Shown here: in pieces, positions 46,830 through 60,186 of the stretch
How the letters are laid out: every line of letters begins with the position of its first letter
Numbering within the stretch: position 1 is the stretch's first letter
From: Squalus acanthias
Taxonomy: Eukaryota
DNA length: 64,000 nucleotides
Direction of reading: 5' to 3'
Assembly: GCA_030390025.1 (NCBI GenBank)
Contig: JASTWF010000033.1
Location: forward strand, 5,458,001-5,522,000
Notes under the pieces: model-generated
The model's input: only the letters and a program-made list of their open reading frames with translations
The model's database searches: none
Told to the model about the DNA's origin: nothing
Made by a program: the position numbers and the translations under genes

Positions 46830-48139
46830 TGGCAGGGGTTGGATTCTGCTGTTATTGCTGCTGTTAATCACATCCAGGACTGAACCATGTTCATTCTGAC
46901 AGTTGGGGTTTATTTCTGCTGATGTTAATAACCCTTATAACTGGGCTGGTGTTTAATATTTTGATATTTCAAATAACACAGAGGGTTGATATTTGATGTC
47001 TCCAAGATAAGAGGAGACTAATTGATGTCCTGTTACCGACTGCTCCATTTTTGGGCCTATTCTCCTTTCTAACTCGAGATTATTTCAGTTCTCGTACCTT
47101 CGGTTACTCTCATGGACAAGTCCCAGCTCCCCATACCTTCCAGAGTGCCTCTCCTAGCCTTGGTATCCAGGGAAGGTCTCGGTAACACGCCCGGGATCAC
47201 TAAACACAAAACCCAGTCTGTTAATCACTTTCAGCTACTGGACTTAGCGTGTGTCCCACAGCATCTCTCTCACCTTCGATGTGTGAATAGAGCATCACGC
47301 CTGCAAACCTGCTTTCAATTTCAATTTGAATCCACTCAGCAAGTGTATTTAAAAAAATACGTACAAGTAAACAGATCACATCAAATAATTGGCAAAGGTT
47401 TAGAGTCAACAAGATGAACAAGTGAACACATCACGGCCCAATACCCCAGCTCCATATTCACAGGAGAAAGTCTGTTATCTAACTCCTCGAGTGGACAGAA
47501 TAGAGAAAGATCCCAACTCTAAGAACATCTAGAATCTGTTGTAAATATCTTTCAAATCCTGACTGGTCCAATCTGTCGGTTTCCTTTCAATTGAAGTGAA
47601 TGGAAGATGAGAGGGGTGTTGGCATATGGACCTCGGTTAATTCAGCTTCTGAAAGGTGTTCATGTTTAGTTCATTCGATATCGGGGAAAATGTGGTCGGT
47701 ATCATTAGAGAGAGAGAGAGATTTCACTGAGCAACAGCTGGTGTTTGCAACCAACTGGCCTTGGATATTTTCATCATAGAATGTTTCGATCAGAAATATG
47801 ATGTTGGGATAAGGAAAGTCTGGAGACTAGTGGTTTGTGCTGCCCCAGGAAGGCCACAGTGTTTTTACCTGCTTCTGACGTTGATGTGTGTTGAAGAAAA
47901 TGCAGACTTGTGTCTCTGGACTGTGCAGTAGCCAGAGACGACCATATTAGGCAATGCCAGCTCCAGTTTGATAAGAGGTTGATGGCAGAACAAGAGATCC
48001 AGCAGTTTTAAGAATTTATCTCCCGTTATCTGCAGACATCGAATGTCGCAGCGTGCTGACAAAATTGGACTTAAGACTTTAACCTATTGGGTTAAATTAT
48101 TGGGATCGATTGTTATAGAATTGAATTGTTATAGAATGG

Positions 48140-48748
48140 AAAAGTAGTGAAGTTATGCTAAACTTGTATCGAACCTTGGTCAGACCACACTTGGAGCACT
48201 GCGTACAATTCTGGTCACCATATTATAAAAAGGATATAGAGGCACTGGAGAGGGTGCAGAGAAGATTTACAAGGATGATACCAGAAATGAGAGGGTATAC
48301 CTGTCAGGAAAGGATGGACAGGCTGGGTCTCTTTTCTCTTGAAAAAAGAAGGCTGAGGGGTGACCTAATTGAGGTCTTTAAAATGATGAAAGGTTTTGAT
48401 AGAGTAGATACAGAGAGAGTGTTTCCACTTGTGGGGAAGAGCAAAACTGGAGGCCATCAATATAAGATAGTCACCAAGAAATCCAATAGGGAATTCAGGA
48501 GAAACTTCTTTACCCAGAGAGTGGGGAGAATGTGGAACTCGCTACCACAGGGAGTGGTTGAAGCGAATAGTATAGATACATTTAAGGGGAGGCTAGACAA
48601 GCATATGAGAGAGAAGGGAATAGAGGCTTATGCTGATAGTTAGATGGGGAAAGACGGGAGGAGGCTCGAGTGGAGCATAAACGCCGGCATGGACTGGTTG
48701 GGCCGAATGGCCTGTTTCTGTGCCGTATATCCTGTGTAATCCTGTGTA
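48140..48748 (+). mobile_element. CR1 LINE 5'-truncated copy with tail
   Basis: LYRTLVRPHLEHCVQFWSP...RRLRGDLIEVFK...RNFFTQRV; 3' stem TTGGGCCGAATGGCC and (ATCCTGTGTA)2 tail. Confidence 0.93.
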
Positions 48749-49074
48749 GTCACAGCAAACAGACAGTTTAACAGACTGCCCATGGTCCACTCTAACCCCC
48801 ACCTTCTCTCTCTCTCACTATTCATGGACACTGCTGCAGTAATTGCTCCTCTGACCTTTCCTCTCTTGTCCCTCCAACACCCCTAATACACGGCCCGACA
48901 CAATCTCCCTCCCCCTACATCCTCCCCGTGCTGGAATCCACACCAGTCTCCCCATCTGCTCCTTGTTCTCTTCCTGGATCCGAAAACTACTGAACTCAGT
49001 CTTCCCTCCTGAAGTCTACAGGCTCGAAAACTGAAGCTTGGTGTCCCTCAGTCCCTACTCATCCCCTTCTCCCC

Positions 49075-49522
49075 TCCCCCGGGGTGTGTCCACACTCTGG
49101 GCCTTGGGCCTTGCCTGGGGATTCTCAGTATGAACAGGTGGGGTGTGTGTTGAGACAGGGTGTCCCCGCTCTCCTCATCTTTTCCCCGGGGTGTGTCCAC
49201 ACTCTGGGCCTTGGGCCTTGCCCGGGGATTCTCAGTATGAACAGGTGGGGTGTGTGTTGAGACAGGGTGTCCCCGCTCTCCTCTTTTCCCCGGGGTGTAT
49301 CCACACTCTGGGCCTTGGGCCTTGCCCGGGGATTCTCAGTATGAACAGGTGGGGTGTGTTGTGATTCTCAGTATGAACAGGTGGGGTCTGTTTTGAGACA
49401 GGGTGTCCCCGCTCTCCTCTTTTCCCCGGGGTGTGTCCACACTCTGGGCCTTGGGCCTTGCCCGGGGATTCTCAGTATGAACAGGTGGGGTGTGTTTTGA
49501 GACAGGGTGTCTCCGCTCTCCA
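49075..49522 (+). repeat. Tandem repeat of about 104 bp (4 copies)
   Basis: Unit CCCCGGGGTGTGTCCACACTCTGGGCCTTGGGCCTTGCCCGGGGATTCTCAGTATGAACAGGTGGGG...GAGACAGGGTGTCCCCGCTCTCC. Confidence 0.9.
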
Positions 49523-49628
49523 CCTTTAAAGGGACAAGGAGACGACCAGCTGGGCTGAATGGCCATGCTTTATGACATCACTGCAGTGCCTAGCAACCAA
49601 CCTCCCTGAGCCCTGCTCATTATGGGCT

Positions 49629-52600
49629 GGGAGTGTTTGATGGGACAGTGTCGAGGGAGCTTTACTCTGTATCTAACCCATGCTGTACCTGCCCTGGGAG
49701 TGTTTGATGGGACAGTGTAGAGGGAGCTTTATTCTTTATCTAACCCTTGCTGTTCCTGCCCTGGGAGTGTTTGATGGGACATGTAGAGGGAGCTTGACTC
49801 TGTATCTAAACCGTGCTGTACCTGCACTGGAAGTGTTTCATGGGACAGTGTAGAGGGAGCTTTACTCTGTATCTAACCAATGCTGTACCTGCCCTGAGAG
49901 TGTTTGATGGGACATGTAGAGGGACTTTTACTCTGCATCTAACCCATGCTGTACCTGCCCTGGGAGTGTTTGATGGGGACAGTGTAGAGGGAGCATAACT
50001 CGGTATCTAACCCGTGCTATACCTGCCCTGGGTGTGTTTGATGGGACAATGTAGAGGGAGCTTTACCCTATCTAACCCGTGCTGTACCTGCCCTAGGAGT
50101 GTTTGATGGGATAATGTAGAGGGAGCTTTACTCTGTATCTAACCTGTGCTGTACCTGCCCTAGGAGTGTTTGATGGGACAGTGTAGAGGGAGCTTTACTC
50201 TGTATCTAACCTGTGCTGTACCTGCCCTGGGAGTGTTTGATGGGACAGTGTAGAGGGAGCTTTACTCTGTATCTAACCCGTCCAGTACCTGCCCTGGGAG
50301 TGTTTGATGGGGACAGTGTAGAGGGAGCTTTACTCTGTATCTAACCCGTGCAGTACCTGCCCTGGGAGTTTTGATGGGACAGAATAGAGGGAGCTTTAAT
50401 CTGTATCTACCCCATGCTGTATCTGCCCTGGGAGTGTTTGATGAGATAGTGTCGATGGAGTTTTACTCTGTATCTAACCCGTGCTGTACCTGCCCGGGGA
50501 GTGTTTGATGGGACAGTCTCGAGCGAGTTTTACTATGTATCTAACCCGTGCTGTACCTGCCCTGCAAGTGTTTGATGGGATAGTGTAAAGGGAGCTTTAA
50601 TCTGTATCTAACCCGTGCTGCACCTGCCCTGGCAGTGTTTGATGGGACAGTGCAGAGGGCGCTTTTACTCTATATGTAACCCGTGCTGTTCTGCCCTGGG
50701 AGTGTTTGATCGGACAGTGTAGACGGAGCTTTACTCTGTATCTAACCCGTGCTGTACCTGCCCCAGCAGTGTTTGATGGGACAGTATAGAGGGAGCTTTA
50801 CTTTGTATCTAACCCGTGCTGTACCATCCCTGGCAGTGTTTGATGGGACAGTGCAGAGGGAGCTTTACTCTGTATCTAACCCCGTACTGTACCTACCCTG
50901 GGAGTGTTTGATGGGACAGTGTAGAAGGAGCTTTACTCTGTATCTAATCCGTGCTGTACCTGCCCTGAGAGAGTTTGATGGGACAGTGTAAAGGGAGCTT
51001 TACTCTGTCTGTAACCCGTGCTGTTCCTGCCCTGGGAGTGTTTGATGGGACAGTGTAGAGGGACTTTTACTCTGTATCTAACCCTGTACTGTACTTTCCC
51101 TGGGAGTGTTTGATGGGACAGTGCAGAGGGAGCTTTAACCTGTATTTAACCCGTGCTGTACCTGCCCTGGAAGTGTTTGATGGGACAGTGCAGAGGGAGC
51201 TTTACTCTGTATCTAACCCGTGCTGTACCTGCCCTGGGAGTTTTGATGGGACAGTATAGAGGGATCTTTAATCTGTATCTACCCCATGCTGTATCTGCCC
51301 TGGGAGTGTTTGATGGGATAGTGTCGATGGAGTTTTACTCTGTATCTCACCCGTGCTGTACCTGCCCTGCAAGTGTTTGATGGGATAGTGTAAAGGGAGC
51401 TTTACTCTCCATGTAACCTGTGCTGTACCTGCCCTGGGCGTGTTTGATGGGACACTGCAGAGGGAGCTTTACTCTGTATATAACCCGTACTGTACCTGCC
51501 CTGGGAGTATTTGATGGGACATGTAGAAGGAGCTTTACTCTGTATCTAAACCGTGCTGTAGCTGCCCTGGGAGTGTTTGATGGGCCTGTGTAGAGGGAGC
51601 TTTACTCTGTATCGAACCCATGCTGTACCTGCCCTGGGAGTGTTTGATGGGACAGTGTAGAGGGAGCTTTACTCTGTATCTAACCCGTGCTGTACCTGCC
51701 CTGGGAGTGTTTGATGGGACAGTGCAGAGGGAGCTTTACTCTGTATCTAACCCGTGCTATACCTACCCTGGGAGTGTTTGATGGGACAATGTAGAGGGAG
51801 CTTTACTCTATCTAACCCGTGCTGTACCTGCCCAAGGAGTGTTTAATGGGATAATGTAGAGGGAGCTTTACTCTGTATGTAACCTGTGATGTACCTGCCC
51901 TGGGAGTGTTTGATGGGACAGTGTAGAGGGAGCTTTACTCTGTATCTAACCCCGTACTGTACCTTACCTGGGAGTGTTTGCTGGGACAGTACAGATGGAG
52001 CTTTACTCTGTAACTAACCCCTGCTGTACTGCCCTGGGAGTGTTTGATGGGACAGTATAGAGGGAGCTTTACTCTGTATCTAACCCGTGCTGTACCAGCC
52101 TGGGAGTGTTTGATGGGACAGTGTAGATGGAGCTTAACTCTGTATCTAACCCGTCCTGTACCTGCCCTGGGAGTGTTTGATGAGACAATGTAGAGGGAGC
52201 TTTACTCTGTATCTAACTTGTGCTGTGCCTGCACTGGAAGTGTTTGATGGGACAGTGTAGAGGGAACTTTACTCTGTATCTAAACCGTGCTCTACCTGTC
52301 CTGGGAGTGTTTGATGGGACAGTGCAGAGGGAGCTATACTCTGTATCTGACCCGTGCTGTACCTGCCCTGGGAGTGTTTGATGGGACAATGTAGAGGGAG
52401 CTTTACCCTGTATCTTCCCCGTGCTGTACCTGCCCTGGGAGTGTTTGATGGGACATTGTAGAGGGAGCTTTATTCTGTATATAACGTGGTCTCCGTGCCC
52501 TGGTAGTGTTTGATGGGACAGTGCAGAGGGGGCTTTACTCTAAATCCAGCCCGTGCTGTACCTGCCCTAGCAGTGTTTGATGGGACAGTATAGAGGGAGC

Positions 52601-55600
52601 TTTTACTCCATATGTAACCCGTGCTGTTCTGCCCTGGGAGTGTTTGATGGGACTGTGTAGAGGGACCTTCACTCTGTATCTAACCCTGTACTGTACCTGC
52701 CCTGGGAGTGTTTGATGGGACCGTGCAGAGAGAGCTTTAATCTGTATTTAACCCGTGCTGTACCTGCCCTGGAAGTGTTTGATGGGACAGTGTAGAGGGA
52801 GCTTTACTCTGGATTAAACCCGTGCTGTACCTGCCCTGGGAGTGTTTGATGGGACAGTGTGGAGGGAGCTTTACTCTGTAGCTAACCCGTGCTGTAACTG
52901 CCCTGGGAGTGTTTGGTGGGACAATGTAGAGGGAGCTTTAGTCTGTATCAAAACCATGCTGTACGTGCCCTAGGAGTATTTGATGGGATAATGTAGAGGG
53001 AGTTTTAGTCTGTATCTAACCCGTGCTGTGCCTCCCCTGGGAGTGTTTGATCGGACAGTATAGAGGGAGCTTTTACTCTGTATCTAACCCGTGCTGTACC
53101 TGCCCTGGGACTGTTTGATGGGACCGTGTAGAGGGAGCTTTGATCTGGATCTAACCCGTGCTGTACCTGCCCTGGGAGTGTTTGATGGGATAGTGTAAAG
53201 GGAGCTTTACTCTGTCTGTAACCTGTGCTGTACCTGCCCTGGGAGTGTTTGATGGGACAGTGCAGATGGAGCTTTACTCTGTATCTAACTTGTGCTGTGC
53301 CTGGCCTGGGAATGTTTGATGGGACAGTGTTGAGGGAACTTTACTCTGTATCTAAACCGTGCTCTACCTGTCCTGGGAGTGTTTGATGGGACAGTGTAGA
53401 AGGAGCTTTACTCTGTATCTGACCCGTGCTGTACCTGCCCTGAGAGAGTTTGATGGGACAGTGTAGAGGGAGCTTTATTCTGTATATGACGTGCTCTACC
53501 TGCCCTGGGAGTGTTTGATGGGACAGTGTCGAGGGAGCTTTACTCTGTATCTAACCCGTGCTGTACCTGCCCTGGGAGTGTTTGATGGGACAGTGTAGAG
53601 GGAGCTTTACTCTGTATCTAACCCGTGCTGTACCTGCCCTGGGACTGTTTCATGGGATAGTGTAAAGGGAGCTTTACTCTGTATCTAAACCATGCTGTCC
53701 CTGCCCTGGGAGTGTTTGATGGGATAGTGTAAAGGGAGCTTTACTCTGTCTGTAACCTGTGCTGTACCTGCCCTGGGAGTGTTTGATGGGACAGTGTAGA
53801 TGGAGCTTTACTCTGTATCTAACCCCGTACTTTACCTACCCTGGGAGTGTTTGATGGGACAGTGTAGAAGGAGCTTTACTCTGTATCTAATCCGTGCTGT
53901 ACCGGCCCTGGGAGTTTTGATGGGACAGTATAGAGGGAGCTTTAATCTGTATCTACCCCATGCTGTATCTGCCCTGGGAGTGTTTGATGGGATAGTGTCA
54001 ATGGAGTTTTACTCTGTATTTAACCTGTGCTGTCCCTGCCCTGGGAGTGTTTGATGGGGACAGTGCAGAGGGAGCTTTACTCTGTATCTAACTTGTGCTG
54101 TGCCTGGCCTGGGAATGTTTATTGGGACAGTGTAGAGGGGACTTTACTCTGTCTCTCACCCGTGCTGTACCTGCCCTGACAGTGTTTGATGGGACAGTGC
54201 AGAGGGAGCTTTACTCTGTATCTAACCCGTACTTTACCTGCCCTGGCAGTGTTTGATGGGACAGTGTACAGGGAGCATTACTCTGTGTCTAACCCCTGTT
54301 GTACCTGCCCTGGGAGTGTTTGATGGGACAGTGTAGAGGGGGCTTTACTCTGTATCTAACCCGTGCTGTACCTGCCCATGGAGTGTTTGATGAGACATGA
54401 CATAGGGAGCTTTACTCTATATCTAAGCCGTACTGTACCTGCCCTGGGAGTGTTTGATGGGATAGTGTAAAGGGAGCTTTACACTGTATGTAACCTGTGC
54501 TGTACCTGCCCTGGGAGTGTTTGATGGGACAGTGTAGTAGGAGCTTTACTCTGAATCTAATCCATGCTGTACCAGCCCTGGGAGTGTATGATGGGATAGT
54601 GTCGATGGTGTTTCACTCTGTATCTAACCCCGTACTGTACCTGCCCTGGGAGTGTTTGATGTTACAGTGCAGAGGGAGCTTTACTCTGTATCTAACCCGT
54701 GCTGTACCTGCCCTAGCAGTGTTTGATGGGACAGTGCAGAGGGAGCTTTACTCTGTATCTAACCCATGCTGTACCTGCCCGAGGAGTGTTTGATGGGATA
54801 ATGTAGAGGGAGCTTTACTCTGTATCTGACCCGTGCTGTACCTGCCCTGGGAGTGTTTGATGGGACAGTGTAGAGGGAGCTTTACTCTGTCTCTAACCCA
54901 TGCTGTACCTGCCCTAGGAGTGTTTGATGGGATAGTGTAAAGGGAGCTTTACTCTGTCTGTAACCTGTGCTGTACCTGCCCTGGGAGTGTTTGATGGGAC
55001 AGTGTAGATGGAGCTTTACTCTGTGTCTAACCCCGTACTTTACCTACCCTGGGAGTGTTTGATGGGACAGTGTAGAAGGAGCTTTACTCTGTATCTAATC
55101 CGTGCTGTACCGGCCCTGGGAGTTTTGATGGGACAGTATAGAGGGAGCTTTAATCTGTATCTACCCCATGCTGTATCTGCCCTGGGAGTGTTTGATGGGA
55201 TAGTGTCAATGGAGCTTTACTCTGTATTAACCTGTGCTGTCCCTGCCCTGGGAGTGTTTGATGGGACAGTGCAGAGGGAGCTTTACTCTGTATCTAACTT
55301 GTGCTGTACCTGCCTGGGAATGTTTGATTGGGACAGTGTAGAGGGAGCTTTACTCTGTCTCTCACCCGTGCTGTACCTGCCCTGACAGTGTTTGATGGGA
55401 CAGTGCAGAGGGAGCTTTACTCTGTATCTAACCCCTGCTGTACCTGCCCTGGGAGTGTTTGATGGGACAGTGTAGAGGGAGCTTTACTCTGTATCTAACC
55501 CGTGCTGTACCTGCCCTGGAGTGTTTGATGAGACATGACATAGGGAGCTTTACTCTATATCTAAGCCGTACTGTACCTGCCCTGGGAGTGTTTGATGGGA

Positions 55601-58600
55601 TAGTGTAAAGGGAGCTTTACACTGTATCTAACCTGTGCTGTACCTGCCCTGGGAGTGTTTGATGGGACAGTGTAGTAGGAGCTTTACTCTGAATCTAATC
55701 CATGCTGTACCAGCCCTGGGAGTGTATGATGGGATAGTGTCGATGGTGTTTCACTCTGTATCTAACCCCGTACTGTACCTGCCCTGGGAGTGTTTGATGT
55801 TACAGTGCAGAGGGAGCTTTACTCTGTATCTAACCCGTGCTGTACCTGCCCTAGCAGTGTTTGATGGGACAGTGCAGAGGGAGCTTTACTCTGTATCTAA
55901 CCCATGCTGTACCTGCCCGAGGAGTGTTTGATGGGATAATGTAGAGGGAGCTTTACTCTGTATCTGACCCGTGCTGTACCTGCCCTGGGAGTGTTTGATG
56001 GGACAGTGTAGAGGGAGCTTTACTCTGTCTCTAACCCATGCTGTACCTGCCCTAGGAGTGTTTGATGGGATAATGTAGAGGGAGCTTTCCTCTGTATCTG
56101 ACCCGTGCTGTACCTGCCCTGGGAGTGTTTGGTTGGACAGTGTAGAGGGAGCTTTACTCTGTATCTAACCCCGTAATGTTACAACCCTGGGAGTGTTTGA
56201 TGGGATAGCGTAAAGGGAGCTTTTCTCTGTATTTAACCCGTGCTGTATCGGCCCTTGGACTGTTTGATGGGACAGTGCAGAGGGAGCTTTACTCTGTATC
56301 TAACCCGTGCTGTACCTGCCCTGGGACTGTTTGATGGGATAGTGTAAAGGGAGCTTTACTCTGTATGTAACCCGTGCTTCACCTAACCTGGGACTGTTTG
56401 ATGGGACAGTGTAGAGGGCGCTTTACGCTGTATCTAACCCATGCTGAACCTGCCCCAGGAGTGTTTGATGGGACAATGTAGAGGGAGCTTTACTCAGTAT
56501 CTAACCCGTGCTGTACCTGCCCTGGCAGTGTTTGATGGGACAGTGTAGAGGGAGCTTAACTCTGTATCTAACCCATGCTGTACCTGCCCTAGGAGTGTTT
56601 GATGGGATAGTGTAAAGGGAGCTTTACTCTGTATGTAACCCGCGCTGTACCTTCCCTTGGAGTGTTTGATGCGACAGTGTAGAGGGAGCTTTACTCTGTA
56701 TTTAACCCGTGCTGTACCTGCCCTGGGAGTGTTTGATGGGACAGTGTAGAGGGAGCATTACTCTGTATCTAACCCGTGCTGTAGCTGCCCTGGGAGTGTT
56801 TGATGGGACAGTATAAAGGGAGCTTTACTCTGCATTTAACCTGTGCTGTACCTGCCCTGGAAATGTTTGATGGGACAGTATAGAGGGATCTTTACTCTGT
56901 ATCTAACCCGTGCTGTACCTGCCCTGGGAGTGTTTGATGGGATAGTGTAGCGAGAGCTTTACCCTGTATCTTTCCTGTGCTGTACCTGCCCTGGGAGTGT
57001 TTGATGGGACATTGTAGAGGGAGCTTTATTCTGTATATAATGTGCTCTACCTGCCCTGGTAGTGTTTGATGGGACAGTGTAGATGGAGCTTTACTCTGGA
57101 TCGAACCCCGTACTTTACCTACCCTGGGAGTGTTTGATGGGACAGTGTAGAAGGAGCTTTACTCTGTATCTAATCCGTGCTGTACCGGCCCTGGGAGTTT
57201 TGATGGGACAGTATAGAGGGAGCTTTAATCTGTATCTACCCCATGCTGTATCTGCCCTGGGAGTGTTTGATGGGATAGTGTCAATGGAGTTTTACTCTGT
57301 ATTTAACCTGTGCTGTCCCTGCCCTGGGAGTGTTTGATGGGGACAGTGCAGAGGGAGCTTTACTCTGTATCTAACTTGTGCTGTGCCTGGCCTGGGAATG
57401 TTTATTGGGACAGTGTAGAGGGGACTTTACTCTGTCTCTCACCCGTGCTGTACCTGCCCTGACAGTGTTTGATGGGACAGTGCAGAGGGAGCTTTACTCT
57501 GTATCTAACCCGTACTTTACCTGCCCTGGCAGTGTTTGATGGGACAGTGTACAGGGAGCATTACTCTGTGTCTAACCCCTGTTGTACCTGCCCTGGGAGT
57601 GTTTGATGGGACAGTGTAGAGGGGGCTTTACTCTGTATCTAACCCGTGCTGTACCTGCCCTGGGAGTGTTTGATGAGACATGACATAGGGAGCTTTACTC
57701 TATATCTAAGCCGTACTGTACCTGCCCTGGGAGTGTTTGATGGGATAGTGTAAAGGGAGCTTTACTCTGTATGTAACCTGTGCTGTACCTGCCCTGGGAG
57801 TGTTTGATGGGACAGTGTAGAGGGAGCTTTACTCTGTATCTAACCCGTGCTGTACCTGCCCTGGGAGTGTTTGATGGGACAATGTAGAGGGAGCTTTACT
57901 CTGTATCTAAACCGTGCTGTACCTGCCCTGGGAGTGTTTGATGGGACAGTGTAGAGGGAGCTTTACTCTGTATCTAACCCGTGCTGTACCTGCCCTGGGA
58001 GTGTTTGATGGGACAGTGTAGAGGGAGCTTTACTCTGTATCTAACCCGTGCTGTACCTGCCCAGGAGTGTTTGATGGGACAGTGTAGAGGGAGCTTTACT
58101 CTGTATCTAACCCTGTGCTGTACCTGCCCTGGGAGTGTTTGATGGGACAGTGTAGAGGGAGCTTTACTCTGTATCTAACCCATGCTGTACCTGCCCTAGG
58201 AGTGTTTGATGGGATAATGTAGAGGGAGCTTTCCTCTGTATCTGACCCGTGCTGTACCTGCCCTGGGAGTGTTTGGTTGGACAGTGTAGAGGGAGCTTTA
58301 CTCTGTATCTAACCCCGTAATGTTACAACCCTGGGAGTGTTTGATGGGATAGCGTAAAGGGAGCTTTTCTCTGTATTTAACCCGTGCTGTATCGGCCCTT
58401 GGACTGTTTGATGGGACAGTGCAGAGGGAGCTTTACTCTGTATGTAACCCGTGCTTCACCTAACCTGGGACTGTTTGATGGGACAGTGTAGAGGGCGCTT
58501 TACGCTGTATCTAACCCATGCTGAACCTGCCCCAGGAGTGTTTGATGGGACAATGTAGAGGGAGCTTTACTCAGTATCTAACCCGTGCTGTACCTGCCCT

Positions 58601-60186
58601 GGCAGTGTTTGATGGGACAGTGTAGAGGGAGCTTAACTCTGTATCTAACCCATGCTGTACCTGCCCTAGGAGTGTTTGATGGGATAGTGTAAAGGGAGCT
58701 TTACTCTGTATGTAACCCGCGCTGTACCTTCCCTTGGAGTGTTTGATGCGACAGTGTAGAGGGAGCTTTACTCTGTATTTAACCCGTGCTGTACCTGCCC
58801 TGGGAGTGTTTGATGGGACAGTGTAGAGGGAGCATTACTCTGTATCTAACCCGTGCTGTAGCTGCCCTGGGAGTGTTTGATGGGACAGTATAAAGGGAGC
58901 TTTACTCTGCATTTAACCTGTGCTGTACCTGCCCTGGAAATGTTTGATGGGACAGTATAGAGGGATCTTTACTCTGTATCTAACCCGTGCTGTACCTGCC
59001 CTGGGAGTGTTTGATGGGATAGTGCAGAGGAAGCTTTACTCTGTATGTAACCTGTGCTGTACCTGCCCTGGGAGTGTTTGATGGGATAGTGTCAAGGGAG
59101 CTTTACTCTGTATGGAACCTGTGCTGTTCCTGCCCTGGAAGTGTTTGATGGGACAGTGTCGAGGCAGCTTTACTCTGTATCTAACCCGTGCTGTACCTGC
59201 CCTGGGAGTGTTTGATGGGACAGTGTAGAGGGAGCTTTACTCTGTATCTGACCCCGTACTGTACCTACCCTGGGAGTGTTTGATGGGACAGTGTCGAGGA
59301 AGCTTTACTCTGTATTTAACCCGTGCTGTACCTGCCCCGGGTGAGTTTGATGGGACAGTGGAGAGGGAGCTTTACTCTGCATCTAACACTTGCTGTACCT
59401 GCCCTGGGAGTGTTTGATGAGACAGTATAGACCAAGCTTTGGTCTCTAATTAACCCGTGCTGTACCTGCCCCGGGTGACTTTGATGGGACAGTATAGAGG
59501 GATCTTTACTCTGTATGTAACCTGTGCTGTACCTGCCCTGGGAGTGTTTGATGGGACAGTGTCGAGGCAGCTTTACTCTTTATCTAACCTGTGCTGTACC
59601 TGCCCTGGGAGTGTTTGATGGGACAGTATAGAGGGAGCTTTACTGTGTAACTACCCCGTGCTGTACCTGCCCTGGGAGTGTTTGATGGGACAGTGTAGAG
59701 GGAGCTTTACTCTGTATCTTACCCCGTACTGTACCTACCCTGGGAGTGTTTGATGGGACAGTGTAGAGGGAGCTTTACTCTGTCTCTAACCCCGTACTGT
59801 ACCTACCCTGGGAGTGTTTGATGGGACGGTATAGAGGGAGCTTTACTCTGTATCTAACCCGTGATGTACGTGCCCTGGGAGTGTTTGATGGGACAGTGTA
59901 GAGGGAGCTTTACTCTGTATCTTACCCCGTACTGTACCTACCCTGGGAGTGTTTGATGGGACAGTGTAGAGGGAGCTTTACTCTGTCTCTAACCCCGTAC
60001 TGTACCTACCCTGGGAGTGTTTGATGGGACAGTATAGAGGGAGCTTTACTCTGTATCTAACCCGTGATGTACGTGCCCTGGGAGAGTTTGATGGGACAGT
60101 GTAGATGGAGCTTTACTCTGTATCTAACCCAGGTTGTACCTACCCTGGGAGTGTTTGATGGGATAGTGTAGAGGGAGCTTTACTCT
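49629..60186 (+). repeat. 67-bp satellite array 3 (about 157 monomers) with higher-order duplications
   Basis: Same unit as array 1. Confidence 0.97.
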
